Shown one piece after another: positions 49,398 to 61,485 of a stretch of DNA of 64,000 nucleotides. Every line of letters begins with the position of its first letter. The first letter of the stretch is position 1. Both the position numbers and the translations under genes were made by a program. Source of the stretch: Octopus sinensis (taxonomy: Eukaryota); NCBI RefSeq assembly GCF_006345805.1, contig NW_021835979.1, positions 1 to 64,000 on the forward strand. Reading direction: 5' to 3'. The notes beneath the pieces were generated by a model. The model was not told where the DNA came from. It worked only from the letters and a program-made list of their open reading frames with translations, and searched no databases.

Positions 49398-50047
49398 AAA
49401 CTAATTAGTTTGAAACAGACAAAGTTTAGTAATCGAACTGAAAGACACTTACCTCACCACCACCACCACCACTGTCACCACTATCACCATCACCACCACC
49501 ATCATCATTAGCACCATCTAAGCCACCACATCGTCATCATCGCCTAACCCTATAACACTCACAACAACACCTAACAAAACTTCACATTCGTCCCCTTTTT
49601 GTTCCCCCTTCAACCACCACCACCACCATCACCACCACCACCGCCACCCGCAATCAGATTAATTAACTGATAATATGTGATATTTATTAGTTGGAAACCG
49701 TGTGTCGGAAGCAGATGCGAATCATCGGAGATTGGACAGACGTTGGTCGATGAATGCTGACCAGAGAGGTAGGTAGGTAGGTAGGTAGGTAGGTAGGTAG
49801 GACATAGCGAGAGAAAGGAACAAGAAGAGAAGCGAAATGGGGGAGAATAAGGAGGAGATAAAGGGGAGAGGAGGTGGTAAGTTTGGAAAACAAATGACTC
49901 ATAATTTGTTTTAATGAGGTGGTTTTGTTGAGGTTTTCTCGTGGGCAGACTAAATTATGTATATGGATTTCTGTGTTTGTGGCTTTGTGTGTATCTGCAC
50001 GTATGTATGTGTACACATATAAATATATAAACATTCATATATATAAT

Positions 50048-50107
<60 letters not shown>

Positions 50108-50425
50108 TACATATATATACATATATATATATATACATATACATATATATATATATATATAATACACATATATATATATATGCATGAGTGTACATAGTAT
50201 ATATTGTTATATGTATGCACACACGCACACACACACATATATCTTTTACTTGTTTCAGTCATTAGACTGCGGCCATGCTGGGGCACCGCCTTAAAATCTT
50301 TTTAGTTGTTTGAACCATCCCCGGTACTTATATCTTTAAAGGCGTGGCACTTATTCTATCGGTGTCTTTGGCCAAACGTCTAAGTTACGAGGAAGCAATA
50401 ACCCACGCCTATATATATATATATA

Positions 50426-50433
50426 TGAACTCT

Positions 50434-50471
<38 letters not shown>

Positions 50472-50479
50472 AGAGTTCA
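50426..50479. repeat. Perfect 54-bp palindrome centred on (TA)n
   Basis: tgaactctccc (TA)16 gggagagttca. Confidence 0.9.
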
Positions 50480-50557
50480 CGAAAAAAACAAAAGACGAAG
50501 ATAGGTGGTGTACAAAACAAACAGATGCATTAGTATAACATTCAGGAATTGAAAAAG

Positions 50558-50595
50558 TCTTTTACGTTTCGAGCCTACGCTCTTCTACAGAAAGG
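50558..50595 (-). ncRNA. Hammerhead-like motif with variant core CUGUAGA
   Basis: CCUUU CUGUAGA A GAGC-GUAG-GCUC GAA ACGU A AAAGA. Confidence 0.5.
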
Positions 50596-50730
50596 GACAC
50601 AGAAAATAAACAAGGAGGGAAACAAAGAGAGAAAAAAAATGTGTGTAGTGGCTACCGATCTATCGACTTAAAATGCGTATGCGTATATTAATACATATCG
50701 GCACACATGAACATTTAAAAAATGTATTTA

Positions 50731-51128
50731 CTCTTTTACTTGTTTCAGTCATTTCACTGTGGCCATGCTGGAGCACCGCCTTTAGTCGAGCAAATCGACC
50801 CCAGGACTTATTCTTGGTAAGCCTAATACTTATTCTATCGGCCTCTTTGCTGAACCGCTAAGTGACGGGGACGTAAACACACCAGCATCGGTTGTCAAGC
50901 GTTATTGGGGAGACAAACACAGACACACAAACATATGCACACACATACATATATACATGTATATACATATATACGACGGGCTTCTTTCAATTTCCGTCAA
51001 CCAAATCCACTCACAAGGCTTTGGTCGGCCCGAGGCTACAGTAGAAGACACTTGCGCAAGGTGCCACGCAGTGGGACTGAATCGGGAACCATGTGGTTGG
51101 TAACCAAGCTACTTACCACACAGCCACA
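50731..51128 (-). mobile_element. SINE group B, full length
   Basis: Homology. Confidence 0.9.
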
Positions 51129-51184
51129 CAAGTACATGTAAATAAAACCAATGTGAGAAAAAGAGGACTGGAAAAAATAATTGT

Positions 51185-51830
51185 ACAGAAATTAAGAGCG
51201 GTTAAGAGTTTCGATTAAAAGATCCATAGAGTTCGGTGCATTTCTTTAAAATATTGTTTGTATTGGCTCCTTTCTGTCTCGGGAGACAATGGAGTTGCGC
51301 ATTGAAGTAGTCTAGTCCGGCTTTTATATTTTGTCCTGATACATTTCCTGCTGTGGCTGTGTAGTCCTATCCTGGACAAAACTCCCTCTGCAGGTACCGC
51401 AAATGTAGCGAAGACTGTTCCTGGCTGGTTGTAGTGCCATAGTCTCTTGTTTACGTCTCTCCTTTCTTTCCTTCTCCTCTCTCCTCTCTCTCTCTCTCTC
51501 TCTCTGTCACTCTTTGTATTCCCTCTTTTACGGTACGTCGCCATTCTCCACAGTTGCCGGCAACTGCCTCACAACCGCTAATATTGATGTTGCAGGCCTT
51601 CATGTCCCTTTTGCAAACATCCTTGTAACGTAAGATCGATCTACTCACAGACCTAGTACCCCTAGCAAGCTCTCCGTAGAGTATGTCCTTATAAATATAA
51701 ATGGTATAGAATGGTTCTATAAATATATAGAACTGCTAAAAATAAGTGCTCAGAGAATTTATCTAATGTATTTAAAGTATATGATCTATGGATCTTTTAA
51801 TCGAAACTCTTAACCGCTCTTAATTTCAGT
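51185..51830. mobile_element. TIR element (MITE-like) with perfect 43-bp inverted repeats, carrying an RTE fragment
   Basis: 51188-51230 = reverse complement of 51785-51827; TA outside both ends. Confidence 0.85.
51262..51695 (-). mobile_element. RTE-clade LINE 3' end
   Basis: KDILYGELARGTR..RYKDVCKRDMK..EWRRTVKEG..SRIGLHSHSRKC; 3' UTR ccattgtctcccgagacagaaagg. Confidence 0.9.
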
Positions 51831-51882
51831 ACGAGGATGACACGCAAATTCGTGAAGGTTTCCATATTTTCTATTCATAGCC

Positions 51883-52045
51883 GCAGGCGTGGCTGTGTTG
51901 TAAGAAACTTGTTCCCCAGTATCATGGTTCCGGGTTCAGTCCCACTGCATGGCACCTTGTGCAGGTGTCTTCTGTATAGCCTAGCACCGACCAAAACTTT
52001 GTTAGTAGATTTGGTAGACGGAAACCGAAAGAAGCCCGCCGTATA
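51883..52045 (+). mobile_element. SINE group B 5' half
   Basis: Homology. Confidence 0.85.
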
Positions 52046-52050
52046 AATAA

Positions 52051-52086
<36 letters not shown>

Positions 52087-52094
52087 CATATAAG

Positions 52095-52374
52095 ATATAA
52101 GAGGGAATGACCACTAAGTGGACATGCATTATGCTAGAAGTCGACCCCCTATGGTCTTACCACTAAGAAAGGAATGTTCTCAAGAAAATATAGCAAACGC
52201 CAGAACGTAAGCGACCAAGACAAATGAAAAGATACAAAATATACAGATTAATCACGAACCAGTTTCTGGTTTGTGATTAGACCATAGGGGGGTCCACTTC
52301 TAGCATAGCGGTAAGACCATAAGGAGTCCACTTCTAGCATAATGGATGTCCACTTAGTGGTCATCATTCTTATA
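52095..52374. mobile_element. MITE with about 58-bp imperfect TIRs
   Basis: 52107-52164 vs 52307-52364; TA-flanked; short duplication in the right arm. Confidence 0.85.
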
Positions 52375-52486
52375 TGTATGTGATATAATTTATCTGAATC
52401 TTCAAATTTCTCTATATACTAGACCACTGTTTTTTAAATGAATTTAATCAAATATTCAATTTTTCATCCTTATTATTTTAAATTTA

Positions 52487-52534
<48 letters not shown>

Positions 52535-52580
52535 TATATATATCTGTGTTGTCTGTCTCTCACCCACCACCGCTTGACAA

Positions 52581-52940
52581 CGCCAGGTGAAATACTTAGC
52601 GGTATTCGTCCGTTCAAATTCCGCCGAGGTCGACTTTGCCTTTCATCCTTTCGGGGGTCGATAAATTAAGTACCAGTTACGCACTGGGGTCGATATAATC
52701 GACTTAATCCGTTTGTCAGTCCTTGTTTGTCCTCTCTGTGTTTAGCTCCTTGTGGGTAGTAAAGAAATAGGTATTTCGTCCGTCTTTACGTTCTGAGTTC
52801 AAATTCCGGCGAAGTCGACTTCGTCTTTCATCCTTTCGGGGTCGATAAATTAAGTATCAGTTGCGTACTGGGGTCCCTCTGATCGACTGGCCTCTTTCCC
52901 GCAAACATTTCGGACCTTGTGCTTAGAGTAGAAAAGAATA
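52581..52940 (+). mobile_element. SINE group C dimer (body X, body Y)
   Basis: Same junction aaagaaataggtatttcg at about 52770. Confidence 0.9.
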
Positions 52941-53013
52941 TAACTTATATTTATCTCTTAACAATGTAACTTATACGTATCACTCAATGATACAACTACT
53001 TCTCCTTATGACT

Positions 53014-53406
53014 GGATGGGAGCACTCCGTCGGTTACGACGACGAGGGTTCCGGTTGATCCGATCAACGGAACAGCCTGCTCGTGAAATTAACGTGTGAG
53101 TGGCTGAGCACTCCACAGTCACGTGTACCCTTAACGTAGTTCTCGGGGATATTCAGCGTGACACAGAGAGTGACAAGGCCGGGCCTTTGAAATACAGATA
53201 CAACAGAAACAGGAAGTAAGAGTGAGAGTGAGAGAAAGTTGTGGTGAAAGAGTACAGCAGGGATCACCACCATCCCCTGCCGGAGCCTTGTGGAGCTTTA
53301 GGTGTTTTCACTCAATAAACACTCACAACACCCGGTCTGGGAATCGAAACCTCGATCCTATGACCGCGAGTCCGCTGCCCTAACCACTGGGCCATTGCGC
53401 CTCCAC
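53014..53406 (-). mobile_element. SINE group A
   Basis: TSD cttatgact. Confidence 0.95.
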
Positions 53407-53664
53407 CTTATGACTAACGTTCCCCAAATACACATAACACAATTATTTTCATACCAATATTAATAACTAAGGATTTATTTAATAAAACATCCATTATAGA
53501 TATACTTAGATCAAGCTAGAGACACCTAAATTGCTACAGGTCGCCTTTCTGTGTCTGAGTCATGTGCATATCTACTGTTCAAAATATTGATCGAGAATCT
53601 GACCGTTCTCATCACCAGTTATGAAAATTCTTCAATTCATAATGGTTTAAATGCATCTTTTCAT

Positions 53665-53948
53665 TCTTTTACTTGATCCAGTCAGTAGACGGAATCAAAC
53701 CATGCTGGGGCACCACCTTGAAGTGTTTAATCGAACAACCCGGCCGCAGTACTTTTTTTCTCTAAGCTCGGTACTCAGTGTATCAGTCTTCTTTTTGCAG
53801 AAAAGCAAATAAACCAGCCCCGGTTCTCAGGCAATGGTGAACACACACACACACACATATAGTATCGGTCTCTTTTTGCGGAAAAGCAAATAAACCAACC
53901 CGGGTTCTCAGGCAATGGTGAACACACACACACACACAGACACACACA

Positions 53949-53980
<32 letters not shown>

Positions 53981-54142
53981 GACGGGCTTCTTTTCATTTT
54001 CCGTCCACCAAACGGAAAGTCACAAGGCTTTATTCGGCCTGTGGCTATAGTAGAAGATACCTGCCTTAATTTGCGTGTAATGGAACTGAACCCGGAACCA
54101 TGTGTTTGAGAACCAAACTTCTTACCACACAGCCACGCCTGC
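53665..54142 (-). mobile_element. Diverged SINE group B with about 77-bp internal duplication
   Basis: gaaaagcaaataaacca..ggttctcaggcaatggtgaacacac twice. Confidence 0.8.
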
Positions 54143-54296
54143 CCCTATTTTTTTTTCATAAATTCTTTGATGAATATTGTAAAATATTAGTTCCAAAATA
54201 TTAAATATTTATTTTCGCTTCATCATATGCCACATGTCCTTAAGAGCTTTTGTCGTAGGAACTGCTACCTCAATCTATTTGTATTAGGGATTCAGT

Positions 54297-54299
<3 letters not shown>

Positions 54300-54337
<38 letters not shown>

Positions 54338-54668
54338 CATATACATTCATGCATACATATGCATAGATACATGCATGCATATACATACATACATAAATAA
54401 AAACACACACACATAAATATATACATATATATACATATAAAAATATATACATATATAAATATATACATATATAAATATATACATATATACATACAAACAC
54501 AAACACATACACACACGCAAACAAACATATACATTCATGCATACATATGCATAGATACATGTATGCGTATACATACATACATACATACATACATACATAC
54601 ATAAAAACATACACACACAAATATATACATATATATACATATATAAATATATACATATATACATACAA

Positions 54669-54729
<61 letters not shown>

Positions 54730-54750
54730 TATATATGTATATATACGCAT
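54300..54750. repeat. Compound CA/TA/CATA array with duplicated sub-blocks
   Basis: Direct. Confidence 0.9.
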
Positions 54751-55204
54751 ATATATCACGATGTCGTTCACGTGGGAGTAAATTATTTCAATTAGGAAGC
54801 GACCACAACCTGATGATTGCCCAAATGACAAAACAAAGGAGCCGCCATCCCACCCAACCCCCCAAAACAGGGACAAGAGAAGAGCAACATATGATTAATT
54901 TCGGAAAAATTACCAGAAAAACTCTTTTCGTGATTCATATTTACCTTTGCGACGACATATTAGTAAATTTTCGATTACGAATGCACGGTGAACATCTCAA
55001 GAACTCTTGGAAATTGGAGAAAATGGTTTACGGCAATGTTTCAAGAAGATTAAAGAGTTTCTCAACGAAGCAGGAATAAATTGGCAAATTGGATTTTCCG
55101 GTGAGCTTTGTTCATTCCACTTAATTTATATATAAAATCATGTTGGCGTAGTTTGTGGTTGATCTCTCAGAAATAGAAGCTAATCAAAGAAACATTTTGA
55201 TAAC

Positions 55205-55484
55205 CTATACATACATACATACATACATACATACATACATACATACATACATACATGCATGCATGCATACATACATCATAATACATATATACATACATAC
55301 ATACATACATACATACATACATACATACATGCATGCATACATACATACATACATACATACATACGTACATACAAACATACATACATACATACATACATAC
55401 ATACATACATACATACATGCATACATAATACATACATGCATACATACATATATACATACATATATATATATATATACATACATG

Positions 55485-55516
<32 letters not shown>

Positions 55517-55607
55517 CATGAACGCATTCATTTAGCGCTACATGCAGACATAGATAGCTACAAACTTACGTATATGAGTGTGTGGTGTATATATATATAT
55601 ATATATT

Positions 55608-55640
<33 letters not shown>
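55205..55640. repeat. (CATA)n/(TA)n/(GT)n arrays
   Basis: Direct. Confidence 0.9.
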
Positions 55641-55641
<1 letters not shown>

Positions 55642-55825
55642 CGTGTGTGTATATGTGCGCATGTCTATTTGTATAAGTGTGTGTATGTGAGTATGAGTCA
55701 TAACTTGTTGGTCAAAATATTAACCATAGATGTAGTTTCATCATATAATTCACTGATAAAAGTTAGGTTACTCTTCCTTCTCCTCCTCTCCCTCGTACTG
55801 CAACGAAATGATTGTCTGTTGCTGC

Positions 55826-55859
55826 TGCTGCAACTACCACCACCACCACCACCACCACC

Positions 55860-55895
<36 letters not shown>

Positions 55896-56032
55896 CCGTC
55901 ACCACCACCGCCGCCGCCGCTACCACCACCACCACCGCCACCGCCGCCGTCGCCGCCGCCACCACCGTCACCACCACCACCGCCGCCGCCGCCGCTACCA
56001 CCACCACCACCACCACCACCACCACCACCACC

Positions 56033-56071
<39 letters not shown>

Positions 56072-56072
56072 G

Positions 56073-56100
<28 letters not shown>
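55826..56100. repeat. Graded trinucleotide array (CAC)>(CGC)>(CAC)>(TAC)
   Basis: Direct. Confidence 0.95.
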
Positions 56101-56103
<3 letters not shown>

Positions 56104-56440
56104 GCATTACATTTGACCGAAAGATAGATTCACGTTAGCGTACTGCTGGACAAACATTTCACAATTTGTATTTTGTGACCGAAATCACACACACCTAAAA
56201 ACCCCTCAAATCTGAAATAACCAGAGTACAATTCAAGGCCGGAGTCGCAATTCAGTGTGACGAGCGGAGGCATTTTGATAGGCGTTTTGATACGCAATTG
56301 CGCTGGATTCAAATTGTCCTGTTAAAATATGGCAGCAGGAATGGGTTCCTATCATATGATAATGCAATATCCATAAGATTAATGCAATACGTTACAAGAA
56401 AATCTCTCAAATCACTTGGTCATACCATAATTAAAACAGC

Positions 56441-56548
56441 GTGGAAGCACTCCGTCGGTTTCGACGGCGAGGGTTCCGGTTGATCCGAATCAACGGAACA
56501 GCCTGCTCGTGAAATTAACGTGTAAGTGGCTGAGCACTCCACAGACAC
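56441..56548 (-). mobile_element. SINE group A 3' fragment
   Basis: ggaagcactccgtcgg..gcactccacagacac. Confidence 0.9.
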
Positions 56549-56844
56549 ATACATATATACATACATATATGTACATACCTACATATATATGTATATATAC
56601 ATGCATATATCCTTAAATCCTTAAAAATGTTTTAGCCCGAAGGCCGCGGCCATGCTGGAGCACCACCGCCATATGGGTATAGGACATAAAAAAAAACATG
56701 GACAGAATGAGAAACGAGAACATAACAAAAACATAGAAAAGAACTTTTTTCGAAGAACGAAAAAAACCCCAAACAAACAGAGAAACGAGACATGCACCAT
56801 AAAGTATATTCCCTTCATCAGTTGCCCCTTGTTTTATCTACTGT

Positions 56845-59320
56845 AAAGAACCGGAAGGAATGCCGCTAAGCATTTTGTCCGACGTGCTAATGATTCTACT
56901 AGTTAAAGTTAACCGCTTTCAAAACGACTTAATAATCCTTTCTTCTATAGACAAAAGGCCTGAAGTATTGTGGGGAAGGAATAGTTAGTTACATCGATCC
57001 CAGTTTTCAATGACCCCGAAAACAATGAAAGTCAAAGTTGACCTCGACGGAATTTGAACTCAAATCGTGAAGACAGACGAAATGCCGCGGAACACTTTGC
57101 CCGGCGTGCTAACGATTCTGCCAGCTCAACGCCTTTCAAAGCAATTTATTTAATATCCTTTCTACTAAAATTTTGGGGGAGGAAGAAAGTCGATCACATC
57201 GACCCCAGTACTTGGCTGGTACTTAATTTATCGATCCCGAAAAGATGAAAGGCAAACTCGACCTCGGTGGAATTTAAACTCAGAATGTAAAGACGGACGA
57301 AATGTTGCTAAGCATTTTGTCCGGCATGCTAACGATTCTGTCAGCACGCCGCCTTTCAAAAAATAATAAAAGGGTGCTAGGTTATAGGCTGACTGGATGT
57401 TTAACTCAGGGGATAAATATCTGGCATTCAAGGGATCTAACCTTAGCTGAGCAGTTTCTCGGTTACAGACTGACAATAAACTACGCCCTCTTCGGTCATT
57501 TTATGATGTAAAAGACATCTACAAAAAAAAAAAAAAAACTGTTGAAATATGGACAATTCTCTTGGGCTCTTTAAACTGAGAAGGATAGGAAAATAAAACA
57601 GTTCTATCTCACATTTGGTAGAAAAATAGCAAAGCGCAATAGATTATCAAATCAACAACAGTGTATGCTTGCTACGTATTTTTTCGACACTGTAAACTGA
57701 AAAAAGAAGTCAACCTTGATGGTATATGAGCTCATAATACCAGGACAAAATACCATAAAGAGTTTTAGGTTGGTATATTATCATGCTGGTTCATCCTACT
57801 GCTCATTGTAAATATGATAATGGTTTATGATTTAAAAACGGTTGTTTCTTGATAGTCACACGGTTGGAAATTTATAGGGAGGGGGTTGTCAGGTTATCTG
57901 GTTAAATCGCCTCCAGTCATTGATGAGTACTTTATTTTATGGATCCTGGTAGAATGGAAGGTGAAGATGACCTCAGCGAGATTTGAACTCAAAACGTAAA
58001 AGCACGAATACCTATTTCTTTATTACCCACAAGGGGCTAAACATAGAGGAGACAAACATGGACAGACATAGGTATTATGTCGATTATTTCGACCCCAGTG
58101 CTTAACTGGTACTTAATTTATCGACCCCGAAAGGATGAAAGGCAAAGTCGACCTCGGTGGAATTTGAACTCACAACGTAACGGCAGCCGAAATACCGCTA
58201 AGCATTTCGCCCGACGTGCTACGATTCTGCTAGCTCGCTGCCTTAAAAGCATGAATACCGTAATGCCTTTTATTTGTTACTCTAACGATTTCGCCAATAA
58301 ATTGTTCTTTGTCGAAAATATTATAGCTTCAAATAAACGCCAGTTCGTCTCTGGTATTTATTTATCCTCGTTACCACGTCGGACAAAGTGCTTAGCAGCA
58401 TTTTTTCCGGCTTTACCTCCTTAGTTCAAATGGTACCGAGGCCGACTTTGTCTTTCATTTTTTCGAGGTCGTTAAAATAAGTATCACTTGAGTAGGGGAG
58501 TTGATGTGATCGACTATACCCTCCCCCATAATTTCAAGATTTTTGCTTGTAGCAGAAAAAAAAATGATCGGAAGTATGAAAGGCAAAGTTGACCGGACGA
58601 GGTTTGAACTCAGAATGTAAAGAGACAAATATTGGAGGGAACTTTGATACTCTAACGATTCGGCCAGTCTGTTTCCTCCTTGTCATAAGCATACTAACTT
58701 CAAATCAATCCTAGTGCTACGTGATATTAACTTTAATTATCCTCTGAAGAATGGAAATCGACATCAGCCTCGGCTGGATTTGAACTCAGAACGTAAAGGT
58801 ATCTCTGTACTGTCAAGTATTTTATTCTGTTGCCCTACTGACTCTACTCACTTCATCCCTCCTCGGAAATTGTAATAACCACTTTTAACACAGGAAAGAA
58901 GACCACGCACTTTAAGGATGGGGTTTAGTTAATGATATCGTGATTGCTACTTCATTTTAATGATCCTGAAAGGATCAAAGACAAAAACAGCTTCCACTGG
59001 ATTTGAAGATCATGCCGTAAAAGTATGTTAAGTAGCGTAAGTAGTTTAGTTTGATACTCGACCAATTCTACAACCCAGCTCTTGGAAATTATAGTAATGA
59101 TAATCCTTTCTACTGAAGACAGAAGGCCTGAAATTTTGGGGGAGGAGACTAGCCGATCACGTTGGCTCTAGTGTTTCATTGGTACTTGATTTATCGACCC
59201 CCGAAAGGATGAAAGACAAAGTCGACCTCGACGGAATTTGAACTCAGAACGTAAAGACGGACGAAATATCACAAAGCATTTTGTCCGGCGTACTAACGAT
59301 TCTGTCAGCTCGCCGCCTTA
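56845..59320. mobile_element. Pile-up of at least eight SINE group C copies or fragments, mostly minus
   Basis: Repeated gaatttgaactcagaacgtaaag at about 57050, 57270, 57980, 58160, 58600, 58780, 59235; plus copy 58365-58545. Confidence 0.85.
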
Positions 59321-59446
59321 ACTATAATAATAAATTTCAGATGTTGGTCTAAGTATTTTAAAATTATTAAAAAAATTTTTAGAAAGATACACACCACGGG
59401 ACAAAAATGGAATAAGGAGGACAAAAGGAGACACATTGGATAGAAA

Positions 59447-59489
59447 GTTACTGATGAGGTCACAGAATATATGATGAAAGAATTTTGAC
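59447..59489 (+). ncRNA. Type I hammerhead-like motif, family of 9239-9283
   Basis: GUUA CUGAUGA G GUCA-CAGAAUAUA-UGAU GAAAG AA UUU UGAC. Confidence 0.55.
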
Positions 59490-59928
59490 AGTCGTATAAA
59501 TTAAAAGTAATACGAATAAAAACTGAAGTGAAGATCGAATAAATAATGTGTGTTTAATTGACAAAAAAATGACTATTCCCAAGTATTAGATGTATATATT
59601 TTAGATGTATTTGAAAACTAAGCTATAACTGCGAAGAAGCTCCTCAATTTTCTTCCAACTTCTTCACAGTAATGGGTTTAGGGTCTATATAACATTCCAA
59701 ATATTTGTGTGTGTGTGTAAGGGAGCATAGGGTGAAGGGGGAGAGAGAGATTCCATTCCGTTCCTTTGTAGCCACCAGCAAAAAAAAAAAAAAGTAAGAA
59801 AATAAAGTGCAGATTTACAAGACATTAAACGCAAGAACTGCTTTGCTATATATATATATATGTATATATATATATGTTATATATGTATATATATATATAT
59901 AATTATTTATATATATATATATAATCAT

Positions 59929-59974
<46 letters not shown>

Positions 59975-61260
59975 ATTCGGAAATCATATTACTAATATGG
60001 CGCTTAATTACCTACTTCTTATCACTAAATGCTTTTTAAAAAAAATTTGTTGTACACACACACACACAAACACACACAAAACCTGTGCTGAAAAACTTCC
60101 GTTAAAGCACAAACGTCGTTTTGATTATATTTTCATTCTTTATACTTTCGCTCAAAGCTACGTCCTTTGCGTACATTCTTCTCGACACCCACCATCCATT
60201 TTACATAACTTTGCATTAACTTACTTATAATTTTTTTTTTTTTTGCAATATTCCAGGAGAATTACTTGTCTACTTCCTACCAGAGCAAAAAAAAAACACA
60301 GCAAAAAAAAAAAAGGAACATAAATCGAAGAACTCAAACCATATATAAAAGAATAAAAAATTGGGAAAAAACAATCAGGAAAACTGCTGCTGCACGGTAT
60401 GGTAATCGAAAGTCAACAAAATTAAGGAAGGAGTGACACACAACAGTCGCCCTACTCCCTTTCTTTCTTTCTCCGTCCTACACACATATACGAGATTAAA
60501 ATAAGATAAATATAATACCCCTCTTAAGCGAGCAAAGAATTTGTGGCAAGATTGTCGTTAATCTAAGATCTCTTCTTTCTAATATGATGGTGGCTGTCTT
60601 TATTGTCTCTCTCTCCTTTCGGCTACTAACGGAATCGTTTTATTTTCACACCGACCCGAATCTGTTCGCCCCTCAAGCAATGTAATATAATACTTGCTTG
60701 GACATAGACGCTTAGTAAATTTGACAACTCCAAGAAACGGCTCACTGCGTAAGAATTGCCAACAAACAACTAATGGCAAAATTCCGAGTCTTGCAAAAAC
60801 CATTCTGGAACTCATCACCTTTCTGTCAAAGAACTAAACACCGCCTGGATCTCCGTGGTTTTTTTTTTTTTGGGTCTTTTTTTATTTTTTCGATTAATTT
60901 GTCTTCTTCTTTAAATCCTGTCTTCTGCTTTTCTGCCAGAATTTTTCTTGTTTCTTTTTTTGTTTTTTGTTTCTCTTTCCCGTTTTTGATCAGCGAATGA
61001 TTGAAGAAATAAATGAATGGGGCAAAGACTTATTTATACAAAATTGCACATTGTATAGATGTTAACTTCATTGAACATGGCTAACTGAGTGGACGGGCCT
61101 ATACAACTTATTATCACTTCGCCTCCTTTCTCCCACCCTCTCTCTTTACCCCACCCCTTTCTTCGCATTCTATCCGACTCTCCTGCTTTTTATTCGTCAT
61201 CTATTTTTATCTCCCTATATCATATGAGTGTTCGCGTATTCATATAAGCATATATATATA

Positions 61261-61296
<36 letters not shown>

Positions 61297-61348
61297 ACAT
61301 TACGTACATACATAAGTATGTGAGTGTGCGTATCTATCTACCTAACTG

Positions 61349-61427
<79 letters not shown>

Positions 61428-61428
61428 G

Positions 61429-61485
<57 letters not shown>

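Noticed and set aside
56790-56830. CUGAUGA/CUGAAGA in the 18890/56675 repeat family
   Set aside because: No downstream GAAA; spacing fits no hammerhead topology
57443-57518. Poly-T/TAG acceptor on minus with CLLHHKMTEEGVVYCQSVTEKLLS*
   Set aside because: Two frames stop early and the third is phase-incompatible with the 60746 candidate; no other support
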